DNA of 64,000 nt from Deinococcales bacterium (GTDB lineage: Bacteria > Deinococcota > Deinococci > Deinococcales > JAAFIG01). This document shows, one piece after another, positions 28,285 through 38,300 of this stretch. Below the pieces are notes generated by a model that ran no database searches, was not told the origin of the DNA, and saw only the letters and a program-made list of their open reading frames with translations. The stretch covers positions 1 to 64,000 of the forward strand of contig JANNVX010000064.1 of NCBI GenBank assembly GCA_031414595.1. Reading direction: 5' to 3'. A program made the position numbers and the translations under genes. How positions within the stretch are numbered: the first letter of the stretch is position 1; each line of letters opens with the position of its first letter.

Positions 28285-29480
28285 AGCCCCTCGAGCAGTA
28301 CCTTTCTCGAGCCACACGCGGGCTTTACGGCGCTAAAAAACTCGAGATACAAGCCGAACTTCGCGGCAGTATTGAAGCGCGAATCTGGCAACTCGAGAGA
28401 CAAGGTAACGCCAACGCCCTCGAGACGGCGCTTAGTGAAATGGGTGAAGCCAAAACAATCAATGCTGGTCTTTTTAAGGAGCATCTCATGCCAATTATTT
28501 CCAAAGCAGTATTTGTAATTATTGCCGCTACAGCCCTGACCATCACCACACTCTCGAGTAGCCAAGCCCAAGTTGGATGGGCAACAGCGCAAGATGAATA
28601 CCTCAAAAATTCTGGTTTTCACGATATTTTTGTCAACATCAGCGACTTAAAATCCTCCTTTGAAAAAGCAGGGGCAGTTGTGACTGAAAATATGGCTGAG
28701 CCAAAAAAATACACCTATAGCGGCTTAATGTTCTCCATATCACCAAGACTCAATTGGGATGAAACATTGCCAGTCCGAACATTAGATATTCAGTTGCCAA
28801 ATTCTGAGCAAAAAATTCAACTTCAAGCCCTCGCTAAATTCAGTTTGAACTCCGAAGAAAAAATTGCCACCACACCAGAGGAAGCCGCCTTTATTTCTTA
28901 CAATTACATGATTGACCAATTCAAAGCCACAAAATTGCCTGTTCGTTTTGAAGGTTGGCAAACACCAAAAATTCAAGTTGGTGATTTTTCTTTCACTTTA
29001 GAAAAAACAGGTAGCTCGCCTCGACCCGAAATGCAATACCTTCAAATTTTTTTCAAATGGTGGCTTTTGGATGGTGATAGACCAGGCATACGCAACCGAC
29101 TGAATGCCAGACTTTCTACTTCTGGTTTATCAAGCGACGCTTACCGCCATGCCATACGCACTAATGACCCAGCCAATACAGTCTATACCATTGTCAGCAG
29201 CGAAGGCGGATTTCGCTCGGCGGCTGGTGTAACCGAAGCACAAACCACCCTCACCTTGGCTCGAACCAATGCCCAAGGGATTCTCGAGTTCACTGCACCA
29301 TACAGAATTCTACAATTCGGAAAGAATCCTTTGCTCGAGAAAAATGTACCAAGCGTTGCAGGTACAGAAAAAAATCCCGCCCAAGCACTTTTGCTTAAGT
29401 TCACAGGGCGTTTAGATGCTGCTGCAAAACCCGTAGAAATTGTCTTGCCCAGCAAAACAAAAATTGCTGCCCTCAAATAA
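28281..29480 (+). CDS. Membrane protein with N-terminal HAAS/permease-prefix domain and extracytoplasmic domain
   Basis: YLSRATRGL...IQAELRGSI...ALSEMG pattern typical of PadR-coupled HAAS proteins; single TM. Confidence 0.75.
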   Translation: MKPLEQYLSRATRGLYGAKKLEIQAELRGSIEARIWQLERQGNANALETALSEMGEAKTINAGLFKEHLMPIISKAVFVIIAATALTITTLSSSQAQVGWATAQDEYLKNSGFHDIFVNISDLKSSFEKAGAVVTENMAEPKKYTYSGLMFSISPRLNWDETLPVRTLDIQLPNSEQKIQLQALAKFSLNSEEKIATTPEEAAFISYNYMIDQFKATKLPVRFEGWQTPKIQVGDFSFTLEKTGSSPRPEMQYLQIFFKWWLLDGDRPGIRNRLNARLSTSGLSSDAYRHAIRTNDPANTVYTIVSSEGGFRSAAGVTEAQTTLTLARTNAQGILEFTAPYRILQFGKNPLLEKNVPSVAGTEKNPAQALLLKFTGRLDAAAKPVEIVLPSKTKIAALK

Positions 29481-29507
29481 ACCTTGGCTCGAGTTTAATC
29501 GCTCGAG
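29460..29507 (+). repeat. 48-bp direct repeat, copy 1 (copy 2 at 30226-30273)
   Basis: AAAATTGC(T/A)GCCCTCAAATAAACCTTGGCTCGAGTTTAATCGCTCGAG with one mismatch. Confidence 0.9.
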
Positions 29508-29599
29508 TCACACGCGATTTGTGTGGTGCTAAAAACTTGAAGTACAAGCCAATCTCGAGTTTGGCACGCAGATACAGAATTCTCGAGTTTGGTCAGGAT

Positions 29600-29875
29600 T
29601 CAAGCGGCTTTTCGCCTTTTGTATGATTTTTTCCCGTAGGCATCGCCACGCTTTTCGATTAAATAAACATCAATCACCGAATCTGACATCGTGAACTCAG
29701 CACGATAACCACCAACCCGAAGCCGATAACAACCACGCGAACCCGAGATGGGTTTAACATCACCACTTCCAGTTTCAGATAAAATTGCAAAAGCCAGTAA
29801 AATCGCTTCGTTGAATCGAGCATCCAAAGAGCGCATGTCTTTAATTGCGGAAGCACGAAACTCGAGTTTTTTCAC
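29600..29875 (-). CDS. RelE/ParE family toxin
   Basis: GDVKPISG...YRLRVGGYR...KRGDAY motif. Confidence 0.85.
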   Translation of the reverse strand: MKKLEFRASAIKDMRSLDARFNEAILLAFAILSETGSGDVKPISGSRGCYRLRVGGYRAEFTMSDSVIDVYLIEKRGDAYGKKSYKRRKAA

Positions 29876-30129
29876 ACTAAACCTAGGGCTTTACGGGTTT
29901 GTGCCAAACTATAACGTTTATCCGACTGAGAAGACTTTAGACGCGCCTTAGAACGACGTAAAGCAGTGGGGGACAAAACTTCGGCATCGGTTTTCAAAGC
30001 AGTTACTTTCTTTTTATCAACAACTTTTTGCAATGCTAAATCTAGGGCACCGCGTAAAGTAATTTGGTGTTCACGACGAAGCAGTTCAAGGGTTTCAAAT
30101 TGGGCATTGGTTACTTCAATGGTTTTCAT
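29872..30129 (-). CDS. Putative antitoxin of the RelE toxin
   Basis: 85 aa from ATG 30129; overlaps the toxin start; C-terminus YSLAQTRKALGL. Confidence 0.7.
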   Translation of the reverse strand: MKTIEVTNAQFETLELLRREHQITLRGALDLALQKVVDKKKVTALKTDAEVLSPTALRRSKARLKSSQSDKRYSLAQTRKALGLV

Positions 30130-30241
30130 GTCTCGAGTGTACAGATATGAAGTGTTTATTTCAACTTTGCCACCCGTTGGCACACACCCACGCTGAGCAA
30201 CCCGTTTTTTGGTCTTTGTCTTACCAAAATTGCAGCCCTCA

Positions 30242-30285
30242 AATAAACCTTGGCTCGAGTTTAATCGCTCGAGCCAAGGTTTATT
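30242..30285. terminator. Perfect 18-bp hairpin overlapping direct-repeat copy 2
   Basis: AATAAACCTTGGCTCGAG-TTTAATCG-CTCGAGCCAAGGTTTATT. Confidence 0.75.
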
Positions 30286-30403
30286 AATGCCGGTTCGCAC
30301 CATTGCCTGACTTCAAGGCTAATCGGCAATCACAGCAAAAGAATTTTTCACACCCGTAGTTTGCCTCGAGTACCGCAAAAAGTCTTTGACCTAGGTCAAA
30401 ATC

Positions 30404-32443
30404 CTAAGCCAAGACTTCCCGAGCCACGGGTAACTCGAGAATAAAGGTACTGCCTTGCCCAACAACACTGGTGGCTCTGACCTGCCCATTCATGCGCTGC
30501 ATCAGTTCTCGCACCACCGCTAAACCCAATCCAGCCCCGCCAGTGGCTCTGGCTCGAGCTGGGTCGGAGCGGTAAAAAGGTTCAAAAATTCGCGCCAAAT
30601 CTTCGGGTTCGATGCCCATGCCCGTGTCCTCGATAGTTAATTCAACAAAATCCACTCTGGCTCGGGCGGCAATTCGCACAATGCCCCATTCAGGGGTGTA
30701 GCGAATCGCATTGACCATTAAATTGCGTAGCACCTGCTCGAGTCGTTCGCGGTCGGCTTGAATCGGCAAGATTCGTTCTGGAACATCGTTAAGTAAGGTT
30801 AAATTACTGACCTTCGCGAGAGGTGCAAAACTCTCGAAGAGTTGCGAAACCAATTCTGGTAATGCCACCACCGTGGGTTGAAACTCGAGTTGTTCAAGGT
30901 CGGCTCGAGACAAAGCAAATAAATCTTCGACCAGACGCTCTAAACGTTGAACTTCGCTTAAAAGTGCTTGGGGGGCAATCGTTTCGCCACGCAATTCGGC
31001 ACTCTCGAGCCGCGCCCGCAGCACCGCAATTGGGGTACGAAGTTCATGCGAAGCATTGGCAGTTAAGCCTTTTTTGGCTTCCAAAACACTTTCGACATTT
31101 TGTTTCTCGCGGCGAAGCGCCAGCACATTGCCCTCGAGCCGCGTTGCCATTTTATTAAAAGTTTGCGATAAACGCGCCACTTCATCCTCGCCGTCTATGT
31201 GAACCCGAGCCTCGAGTTGACCACCTTCTAGGGCTTGCACCCCTTTGAGCAATTGCTCGAGCGGACGGGTCAGACGCAAACTAACGGCGTAACCCAAAAA
31301 CCCCAATCCCAGAAAAAAAGCCAAAAAAGATTGCGAAAGCGTATCTAAGGCATTGCTAAAATCCGAACTGATTTGGGCTGCAATATCGCCCGGTGGACTA
31401 GAATTTTGGGTGCTTTGTACCACGCCAAGCACCACATTGGAGACTTTAGGGTCTTGAGAAATGGCTGGACAACCGGCAATCACTTCTAAACCAATCACCA
31501 ACGCCCGACAACGCCCATTTGCAGTGGTGACTAAAATTTCTTTCCACGGCGCAAGTTCTGGGGTTTCAAAACCATCCCCTTCCGAAAAACGATCAACTCG
31601 GTTAGACCCTAAGACTTTACCTGTCGAATCAATTAAAAGTGCAATCCGCCGAGCATCATTAGAAGGTTCGTTGTCCTCGAGTAGACTGGATTTACGGGTA
31701 TCAACACCACCCTCTAAAACAGTAAACAAACGTTTTAACTGCTTTTCGTCAGACCCACTGCTCAGCGCCCCTTGAAAGGCTTTGGCAAGCTCAGTCGCAT
31801 CGCGCAGCGCATCGCTGGTTAAACGAGCGCTAGGGTCGCGCACCAAAGTAAGCACACCGGGTAAAATTGCCACCACGCTGGCGGCAAAAACCCCACCAAA
31901 CAGCGCCAAGGCGGTTAAACGCCAACGCAAATTGCGCCGTCCTTCAAGCCAAACTTCTCTAATTGCAAAAACAAAGGCAAAACGCAAAAAGGTAATCACC
32001 ATCAAGGCTTCAAACGGCACACGGGCAGGTTCAGGGGCAATAATCGCTTGCAGTGCAAAAAAAGTTCGGGTGGGGGCTAAAAAATTAACCAGAATCACAT
32101 TGGCGATACAAAACCCAAAACCCAAAAACAAGCCAAAAAAAGCCACCCGTACAACCCGCCACCACCACATTGTCTCCTCGAGCCGAGAAAGCCGCAGCAC
32201 CGCCCAGAACCATAAAATATGTTCACTCAGTAACGCCCAGAGTTCTGCCCAAGGCGCAGCCACACCGACCCGAGTCAGCACCACCGCCAACCCACGAAAA
32301 AATAAGGCAAGCCACAACGCCTCAAGCAGAGCTACCCAAAAAGACCTCGAGTAAACCATCCAATACGAAACACGGCGTTCCTCGGCATCCACCCGAGGCG
32401 AGCCAATAAAAACCCGCCAGCGTTCATCCCTTGAGTAATCCAT
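30404..32443 (-). CDS. Membrane sensor histidine kinase (multi-TM, HAMP, HisKA, HATPase)
   Basis: SHELRTP H-box, NLMVNAIRY, DTGMGI and GAGLGL motifs; HAMP region. Confidence 0.92.
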   Translation of the reverse strand: MDYSRDERWRVFIGSPRVDAEERRVSYWMVYSRSFWVALLEALWLALFFRGLAVVLTRVGVAAPWAELWALLSEHILWFWAVLRLSRLEETMWWWRVVRVAFFGLFLGFGFCIANVILVNFLAPTRTFFALQAIIAPEPARVPFEALMVITFLRFAFVFAIREVWLEGRRNLRWRLTALALFGGVFAASVVAILPGVLTLVRDPSARLTSDALRDATELAKAFQGALSSGSDEKQLKRLFTVLEGGVDTRKSSLLEDNEPSNDARRIALLIDSTGKVLGSNRVDRFSEGDGFETPELAPWKEILVTTANGRCRALVIGLEVIAGCPAISQDPKVSNVVLGVVQSTQNSSPPGDIAAQISSDFSNALDTLSQSFLAFFLGLGFLGYAVSLRLTRPLEQLLKGVQALEGGQLEARVHIDGEDEVARLSQTFNKMATRLEGNVLALRREKQNVESVLEAKKGLTANASHELRTPIAVLRARLESAELRGETIAPQALLSEVQRLERLVEDLFALSRADLEQLEFQPTVVALPELVSQLFESFAPLAKVSNLTLLNDVPERILPIQADRERLEQVLRNLMVNAIRYTPEWGIVRIAARARVDFVELTIEDTGMGIEPEDLARIFEPFYRSDPARARATGGAGLGLAVVRELMQRMNGQVRATSVVGQGSTFILELPVAREVLA

Positions 32444-32508
32444 AGGGCATTATAGGCGAAGGGCAAAAGGCAAAGGGCGAAGGTTTTACTTTTGCCCTTC
32501 GCCCTTTT

Positions 32509-33201
32509 TTAAGCTGCATCAAAACGGTAGCCAACACCCCAGACGCTAATCACCCGTTCGCCCTCAATGCCTAATTTGCGTCTTAAGCGCACCACAGTCG
32601 TGTCCACAACTCGGTCAGAACCGTCGTATTCTGCGCCCCAAATTCGCTCGAGCAGATAATCGCGGGTAAAAGTACGTCCGGGATGACGCGCCAGCATCAG
32701 CAGCAATTCGTATTCCCTTGGGGTTAAATCGGTTAGTTTTTCGCCGATTCGCACCGCCCGAGCATTGTTATCGAGCTCGAACCGCCCAAAACGTAGCACC
32801 GCCACACGGCTTTCTTCTTCGATAATTTTGGCGCGGCGCAACATCGCCCGCACCCGAGCTAAGAATTCACGCAACGAAAAGGGCTTGACAATATAATCAT
32901 CTGCCCCAACTTCAAAACCAAGCACCCGATCTGTTTCTTCGGCTCGAGCCGTCAGCATTAAAATCGGTACAGTTGCAGTGGTTGCTCCACTGGAACGCCG
33001 TAAGCGCCGCGCCACCTCGAGACCATCTAAGCCGGGTAACATCAAATCCAGAATCAGTAAATCAAACGCCTCTAAACCGGCTCGCTCGAGGGCTTTAGAG
33101 CCATTACTTTCCAGAACGACCAAATGACCCTCGCTCCGCAGATGTTCAGCAATGATATTTGCTAATTCTGATTCGTCTTCAACAACCAAAATTTTCGCCA
33201 C
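32509..33201 (-). CDS. OmpR/PhoB family response regulator
   Basis: ILVVEDE, LDLMLPGLDG, GADDYIVKPF, LTPREYELL and VWGVGYRF. Confidence 0.95.
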   Translation of the reverse strand: MAKILVVEDESELANIIAEHLRSEGHLVVLESNGSKALERAGLEAFDLLILDLMLPGLDGLEVARRLRRSSGATTATVPILMLTARAEETDRVLGFEVGADDYIVKPFSLREFLARVRAMLRRAKIIEEESRVAVLRFGRFELDNNARAVRIGEKLTDLTPREYELLLMLARHPGRTFTRDYLLERIWGAEYDGSDRVVDTTVVRLRRKLGIEGERVISVWGVGYRFDAA

Positions 33202-33270
33202 GATAACAGCAGTTTACTCTAAAAGAACCTGAAAAGTACGCCAAAAGTGTGCTAAACTCTGCAACGCCAT

Positions 33271-33347
33271 GCGCCCGTAGCTCAGTCGGATAGAGCAAAG
33301 CACTCCTAACGCTTAGGTCATCCGTTCAATTCGGATCGGGCGCACCA
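33271..33347 (+). tRNA. tRNA-Arg (anticodon CCT)
   Basis: GCGCCCG acceptor stem, GCTC/GAGC D-stem, loop CTCCTAA, T-arm ATCCG-TTCAATT-CGGAT and encoded CCA. Confidence 0.9.
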
Positions 33348-33653
33348 CTATTTTACTCGAATCTAAAGAATGAACGGTAGATTTTGTAAGCTGATGCTCG
33401 AGAACTTCTTGCCATGTCATAAGCACCTCTTTAGGTTTATTGTGCGTTGAATTTTTCGGGGATGCCAGCAAAATACTGGCTGTCGTTAATCCAGACCTTT
33501 TGGGTACAAATTTTAACTGCTTAAGTTTAGTCAACCAAACCGCATAACGCAAATGGTAACGTAAAGAGTAACGCAATCCGGTTTAGTGCATATAGCGCAA
33601 CAGACATATTAAACCGACTTGAGTAACGTAAAAGTAGCGCAAAAGTAACGTAA

Positions 33654-35339
33654 TTATTTCTGGACTGTTCGGTAGATTGCCTTATTGCGTATCCCCACCA
33701 TTTCGAGTTTACCTTGTTTGACTAAACGCCTCAGTAAATAAGAGGCTTGGTCTTCAGAAAGCGTCGTGAAGAGTCGCATAACATCAGCTCTGGTAATTTC
33801 CGATTTGGCTTTCAGTAAACTAGAGACCATGATTTCCTGTTCGGTGGCAACCAATCCACGTTGTCGAACATAGGCTTCTGGCTTACCCAATTGCTCATAA
33901 ACAGCAGCACTTAAATGATAGGTTTTGGGGCGCTTAAAGCCCCGAGCCTCGAGCAACCCAAGCTCGAGAAGCCGATTCAGTAGCATTGTAGCATGAGTCA
34001 CATTATTTTCTAAGAGTTGAGTGGCTTGGTTTGTATTGATGTCACCCTCGAGAGCAACTTGATGCAAAATCAGGAGAGTAGCCCAGTCCAAGGGTTTACC
34101 AAGACGGTTTTGGACTTCGAGCCAGATATAAACCAATTTAAGGTCAGCTTCACCGCCAGAAAAAGAGAGCTTGACTGTTTGCCGATTTGTGCCAAAGTAA
34201 CTTGGGGCAGCCCTGCCTGTACGAAGAATACTCTCAAAAATTCGCTCTACCCCTCGGGCGGTGCGTTCAACTAAACCAAGGCGCTTAAAAATATCTGCCA
34301 GCATTGGATTACGAGGACGTGGCTCGGTACTGATGATATTTTCTAAAGTTACGCCTTCGACAAAACCGCCCGGACTCGAAATACTTAGGGCATCATTCTC
34401 GAGGATGCGAACATAAACCGCTTGCCGTAGACTGTAATCCCTGTGAACAAGTGCATTGGCAAGGCTTTCGCGCACGGCTTCTTTGGGGTAAAGCGGTATG
34501 CCAATGCGTTGTAAGCCCCAATCGAGTTCTTGTTCACGGTTACGCACCAAAATATACTGCTCGAGGCTTTGCAAGAGTTTAAGCAGAGGTTCACGAAAAA
34601 ACTGATTGACTTCAACAGCCTGTTCCGCGCCTAAGACCTGAAAAGCTGCCTCATGACTTGGAACGAATTCTTGCAAGGCTCTTTGTTTGCCCACAAGTAA
34701 TAAACCCGCCAAAGTTGGGCGCACCACACCATCAACTGTTTTTACTAAACCCAAGGCTTTGGCTTGTTCAAGATGCCCTAAATCACGCAAACTAGGGTCG
34801 CTATTGGGGTTATCTTGCAATAACTGATTTAGGCGTTCAAATTCGAGTGGGTCAAGTTCGTCCCAAGTGGTATTCGACAGAATTTCTGCACTGTGGTCAT
34901 ATTGGGTCAGTTGTGACAAACGGCTTGGCATTTGGTCTGGATAGAACGGAATACACTCTGGGCGATTATGGACATCCAGACTACGGCGCATGGTTTTCCC
35001 ATCGGTTGTGCTGATCACCCGTTTGGCTTGTGGCACATCAATCACATCCACAAAAACATTGCCAACAGCAACTCGAGTTGCTCTAACGCCAGCACTTGGG
35101 CGGGTACGATTATTGATACTTGCCTCGAGCCTTGGCGAAGTCATCTCGAGATGTTTTTGATGAACACCCGTTATCTGACCGTTATCTTCAACTCCAACCA
35201 GCAAAGTACCACCATCTGCATTGGCTAAACACACCACAGCTTCAAATAAATCGTTAGCTGAAATAGGCGCATCGCGCTTAAACTCGAGGGTCATGGATTC
35301 GCCGTGGGCTATCAATTTAAGCAATTCTGATTCGGTCAT
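33654..35339 (-). CDS. AlbA_2 (Schlafen-like) + HATPase_c_4 + wHTH protein
   Basis: GESMTLEFK, LANADGGTLLVGVED, RESLANALVHRDY, SPGG and RNPMLA motifs; ATG 35339 overlaps the R-M stop (ATGA). Confidence 0.85.
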   Translation of the reverse strand: MTESELLKLIAHGESMTLEFKRDAPISANDLFEAVVCLANADGGTLLVGVEDNGQITGVHQKHLEMTSPRLEASINNRTRPSAGVRATRVAVGNVFVDVIDVPQAKRVISTTDGKTMRRSLDVHNRPECIPFYPDQMPSRLSQLTQYDHSAEILSNTTWDELDPLEFERLNQLLQDNPNSDPSLRDLGHLEQAKALGLVKTVDGVVRPTLAGLLLVGKQRALQEFVPSHEAAFQVLGAEQAVEVNQFFREPLLKLLQSLEQYILVRNREQELDWGLQRIGIPLYPKEAVRESLANALVHRDYSLRQAVYVRILENDALSISSPGGFVEGVTLENIISTEPRPRNPMLADIFKRLGLVERTARGVERIFESILRTGRAAPSYFGTNRQTVKLSFSGGEADLKLVYIWLEVQNRLGKPLDWATLLILHQVALEGDINTNQATQLLENNVTHATMLLNRLLELGLLEARGFKRPKTYHLSAAVYEQLGKPEAYVRQRGLVATEQEIMVSSLLKAKSEITRADVMRLFTTLSEDQASYLLRRLVKQGKLEMVGIRNKAIYRTVQK

Positions 35340-38300
35340 GCCGCCCCCAGCACCAAATCTATACCTTCCATTAGCCCTTGTGTTTGCTCGAGGGCAGCCG
35401 CCACTTGGCAATAATGGTTTATATCATCAAAGCTCAGTTCGCGTCCTTTGCGGTCTTTAAGCCACTTCTCGAGAACTTGATAGCCACCAATTCGGGTTTG
35501 CCAAAGCTGTTCGGGGATGCCAGCAAAATACTGAGTATCGTTTATCCAAACTTTTTGAGCAGCGTACCGTGGTTTATCCACCACATTTAAGCCAGCTTGT
35601 GGAAAAGTTACACTGGTCTCGAGTTCGGTGGTCATTAAATGAAGCCCTGATAATTCACGTCCCAAACGCACCAGAGCAACAAAGGCACTTAAATCTGTGG
35701 GCAGTGGAATACGAGGGAAATCTATTTTTAAGAATTCGGCATAACGGCTACGGTATTTGGGGCTGTGCAGAACCGCATAGATATAATGCAGCACATCTTC
35801 GGGAGCAAAATTCTGGATTAAATCGCCTAAGCCATCGGGCAGCCACTCGAGACCAAGAATTTGTCCAAGCGCCGCAATAAATTTGGGCGAAAGATTGGCT
35901 TTGCGCCTCTCTGCCTCGAGTGCCAAGCCTTCGGTATTTGGGTAGAGATAAAGCGGAAAAATTTGTACACCACCACGCATAAAAACATTTTGGTCTATCG
36001 GACTTTTCGAGATTTGAACAAGCGACCAAACAGGGTCATTGACAGCCATTCCTTGGCGACCAATACCAAGACAAAGATTATCTTGATGAACTACATGTTG
36101 TAAAAGTTCACGCCTTGGGCGATCCATCAAAAGATTACTGAAATAACACCACCGTGTATCAAATGGGCGATAGTGGCATTTAACAATCGGGGACTGCCAA
36201 TTTTCATCTTTTCTCAAGGCTGCTCGAGTTGCCTGTAACGTCCAATTACCGCCATTCTTAATCTCATATTGTTGACGCAAAACATCATCGCTTTGACTCG
36301 AGTCTCGTAAATTCTCAATTCGTTCTTCTATTTCGGATTTATCAAAAGCAATCGCAAAGTTATCACGGTGCGTCTTAAAACCATTGGCACTGATTGAAAA
36401 AATATCTGGGATACCCCAAAATTCTTGATATTCGACTTGTGCATTTATATCTTGAGGAGAGAACAAATAAAATGGGCTGGCGGGAAAAATTTCTGTCCAT
36501 TGGGTGCTTTGTAGGTCGTTTTCCTCGAGCCAAAAGTATTTACCGCCTGTCAATTTGGCATTCTCAGCTTTTCCCTCAAAAATCTCGCGTAGACCCCATA
36601 AATTGGCATGGTAAACCCGTTTTCCTAGCTCGAGTGGCGGTTTTTTGTTGGGTGGCAATTTGATAAAAAAACCAATTGCCACACCCTGCATAATGTCAAA
36701 CACATTTTCGTCTTTGCTACCATCTGGGGATGTTTCTTTTTTACGGCTGTTGCCGTGTAAATCCAGAAAATACAATTCGTCAAAACTGTTTAACAGCGCT
36801 TGGCGCATTCCTCTAAAGGTTGGGTTGTCCAAATACCCGTGGTTGGTCACAAATGCCAAAATTCCCGCACCAGTTTTGTCTATGCGCCACTGCGAAAAGC
36901 GAATAAATTTCACGTAATCATCGTTTAAGTATTTTGAGTTGGCTTCGCCTAGTGGCATTCCATCTATTTCAAAATAATTCGTGCCAGTCTGGTTATTTAG
37001 CGTATCCAAGCCATGCAGCAAGTTGTGAATCCAGTCGCCAGTATTGGCGCTGTGTCCACTGTACGGCGGGTTGCCAAGTACGACCATCACGGGGGTATCG
37101 CGCTTGATGCTGCTGGCAGCCAAAGATTCTTGTTGTAGCGCGGCGGCAAAAGGCTGGAAGGCTTGGTCCACGCCTCGCGGTTGCTCGAGCGTGTTGGTCA
37201 AAAAAATTCGTACCCGTTCGTCTTTTTGTAGCTTATAACCAGTTCTCGAGAGTAAAAAATCGAGTTTTAAGTGTGCCAAGGTGTACGGTGCAATTAAGAA
37301 TTCAAAACCATGCACTCGAGGCAGAATATGGTCTTTGACGTAGCCATTCCACATGCCTTGGTTGTTGCTAAAACCCGCGTAAATATGGTTAATCACCCGA
37401 TGCAAAAAAGTGCCAGTGCCAGTGGCGGGGTCTAGCACTTGGACTTTATGCACGCCGTCTGCGGTTTTACTGGGGTCGGCAAGCCCGCGCTTTAGGTCAA
37501 AACGGGTTTTCAGGATGTTATCTACACTCCGCACGATGTAGCCCACCACGGGTTCTGGGGTGTAATAAACACCGCGTTTTTCTCGCATGGCTTTGTCGTA
37601 AGCCGCTAAAAAAGTTTCGTAAAAATGCAGTACCGGGTCGCCTGCGCCAGTGGTTTTGCCAAGTTCGGTTTTGATGCTTTCCATATTGGCACTGTCCAAA
37701 ACCATTGCGGCTTCCTCGAGCGCCCAAACAAAATCTGGGTGGGCTTCTGCCCCGCCAAAGTAACTAAAAATCTGGGTCAGAACCGCATTGCCTCGAATGC
37801 CAAGCAAAGGTGTGGCACGGCTAAAGGTGCGCTCCTTAAAATCTGGGGCAAACTGACTAAGTTCACCTAAACTGGTATCGGGTTCGTCTTGTTGGATTCG
37901 GGTCGCAAATAAGCCGTAGGTAAGGGTTTGGGCGTACAAGTCGGCAAATTCTTCTCGGGTTAGTTCGGCAACCAAAATGGTTTTGACACTTAAAAATTGT
38001 TCGGTCAGGGGTTTTTTTAGGAGTTTTAATTCTTCACGCAGCACCCGCCGAATCACCACACGGATTTGCTGAGCGTAATAGGCTAAACGCATAGCCAGTT
38101 CTCTGGCGCTGCCGGCGGCTGGGGTTGGATTCTGGACAAAGGCTTGCAGCAAACTGCTTAGTTCTTCTTCGGCATTGGCTCTTGGGGTAATGGTTTTCTC
38201 AACTAAATCGGCAAGCCGTACAGTGCGGCGCAACTTGCCACGCACATACCACCTGAACTCGAGGTAATCGGATAAAATCAGGTTGCCAAGGGCATTGGTG

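Noticed and set aside
33298-33315. tRNA as a pseudogene because of an A-C mismatch at the base of the anticodon stem
   Set aside because: All other stems, conserved loop bases and the CCA end are intact; a single mismatch is insufficient evidence.
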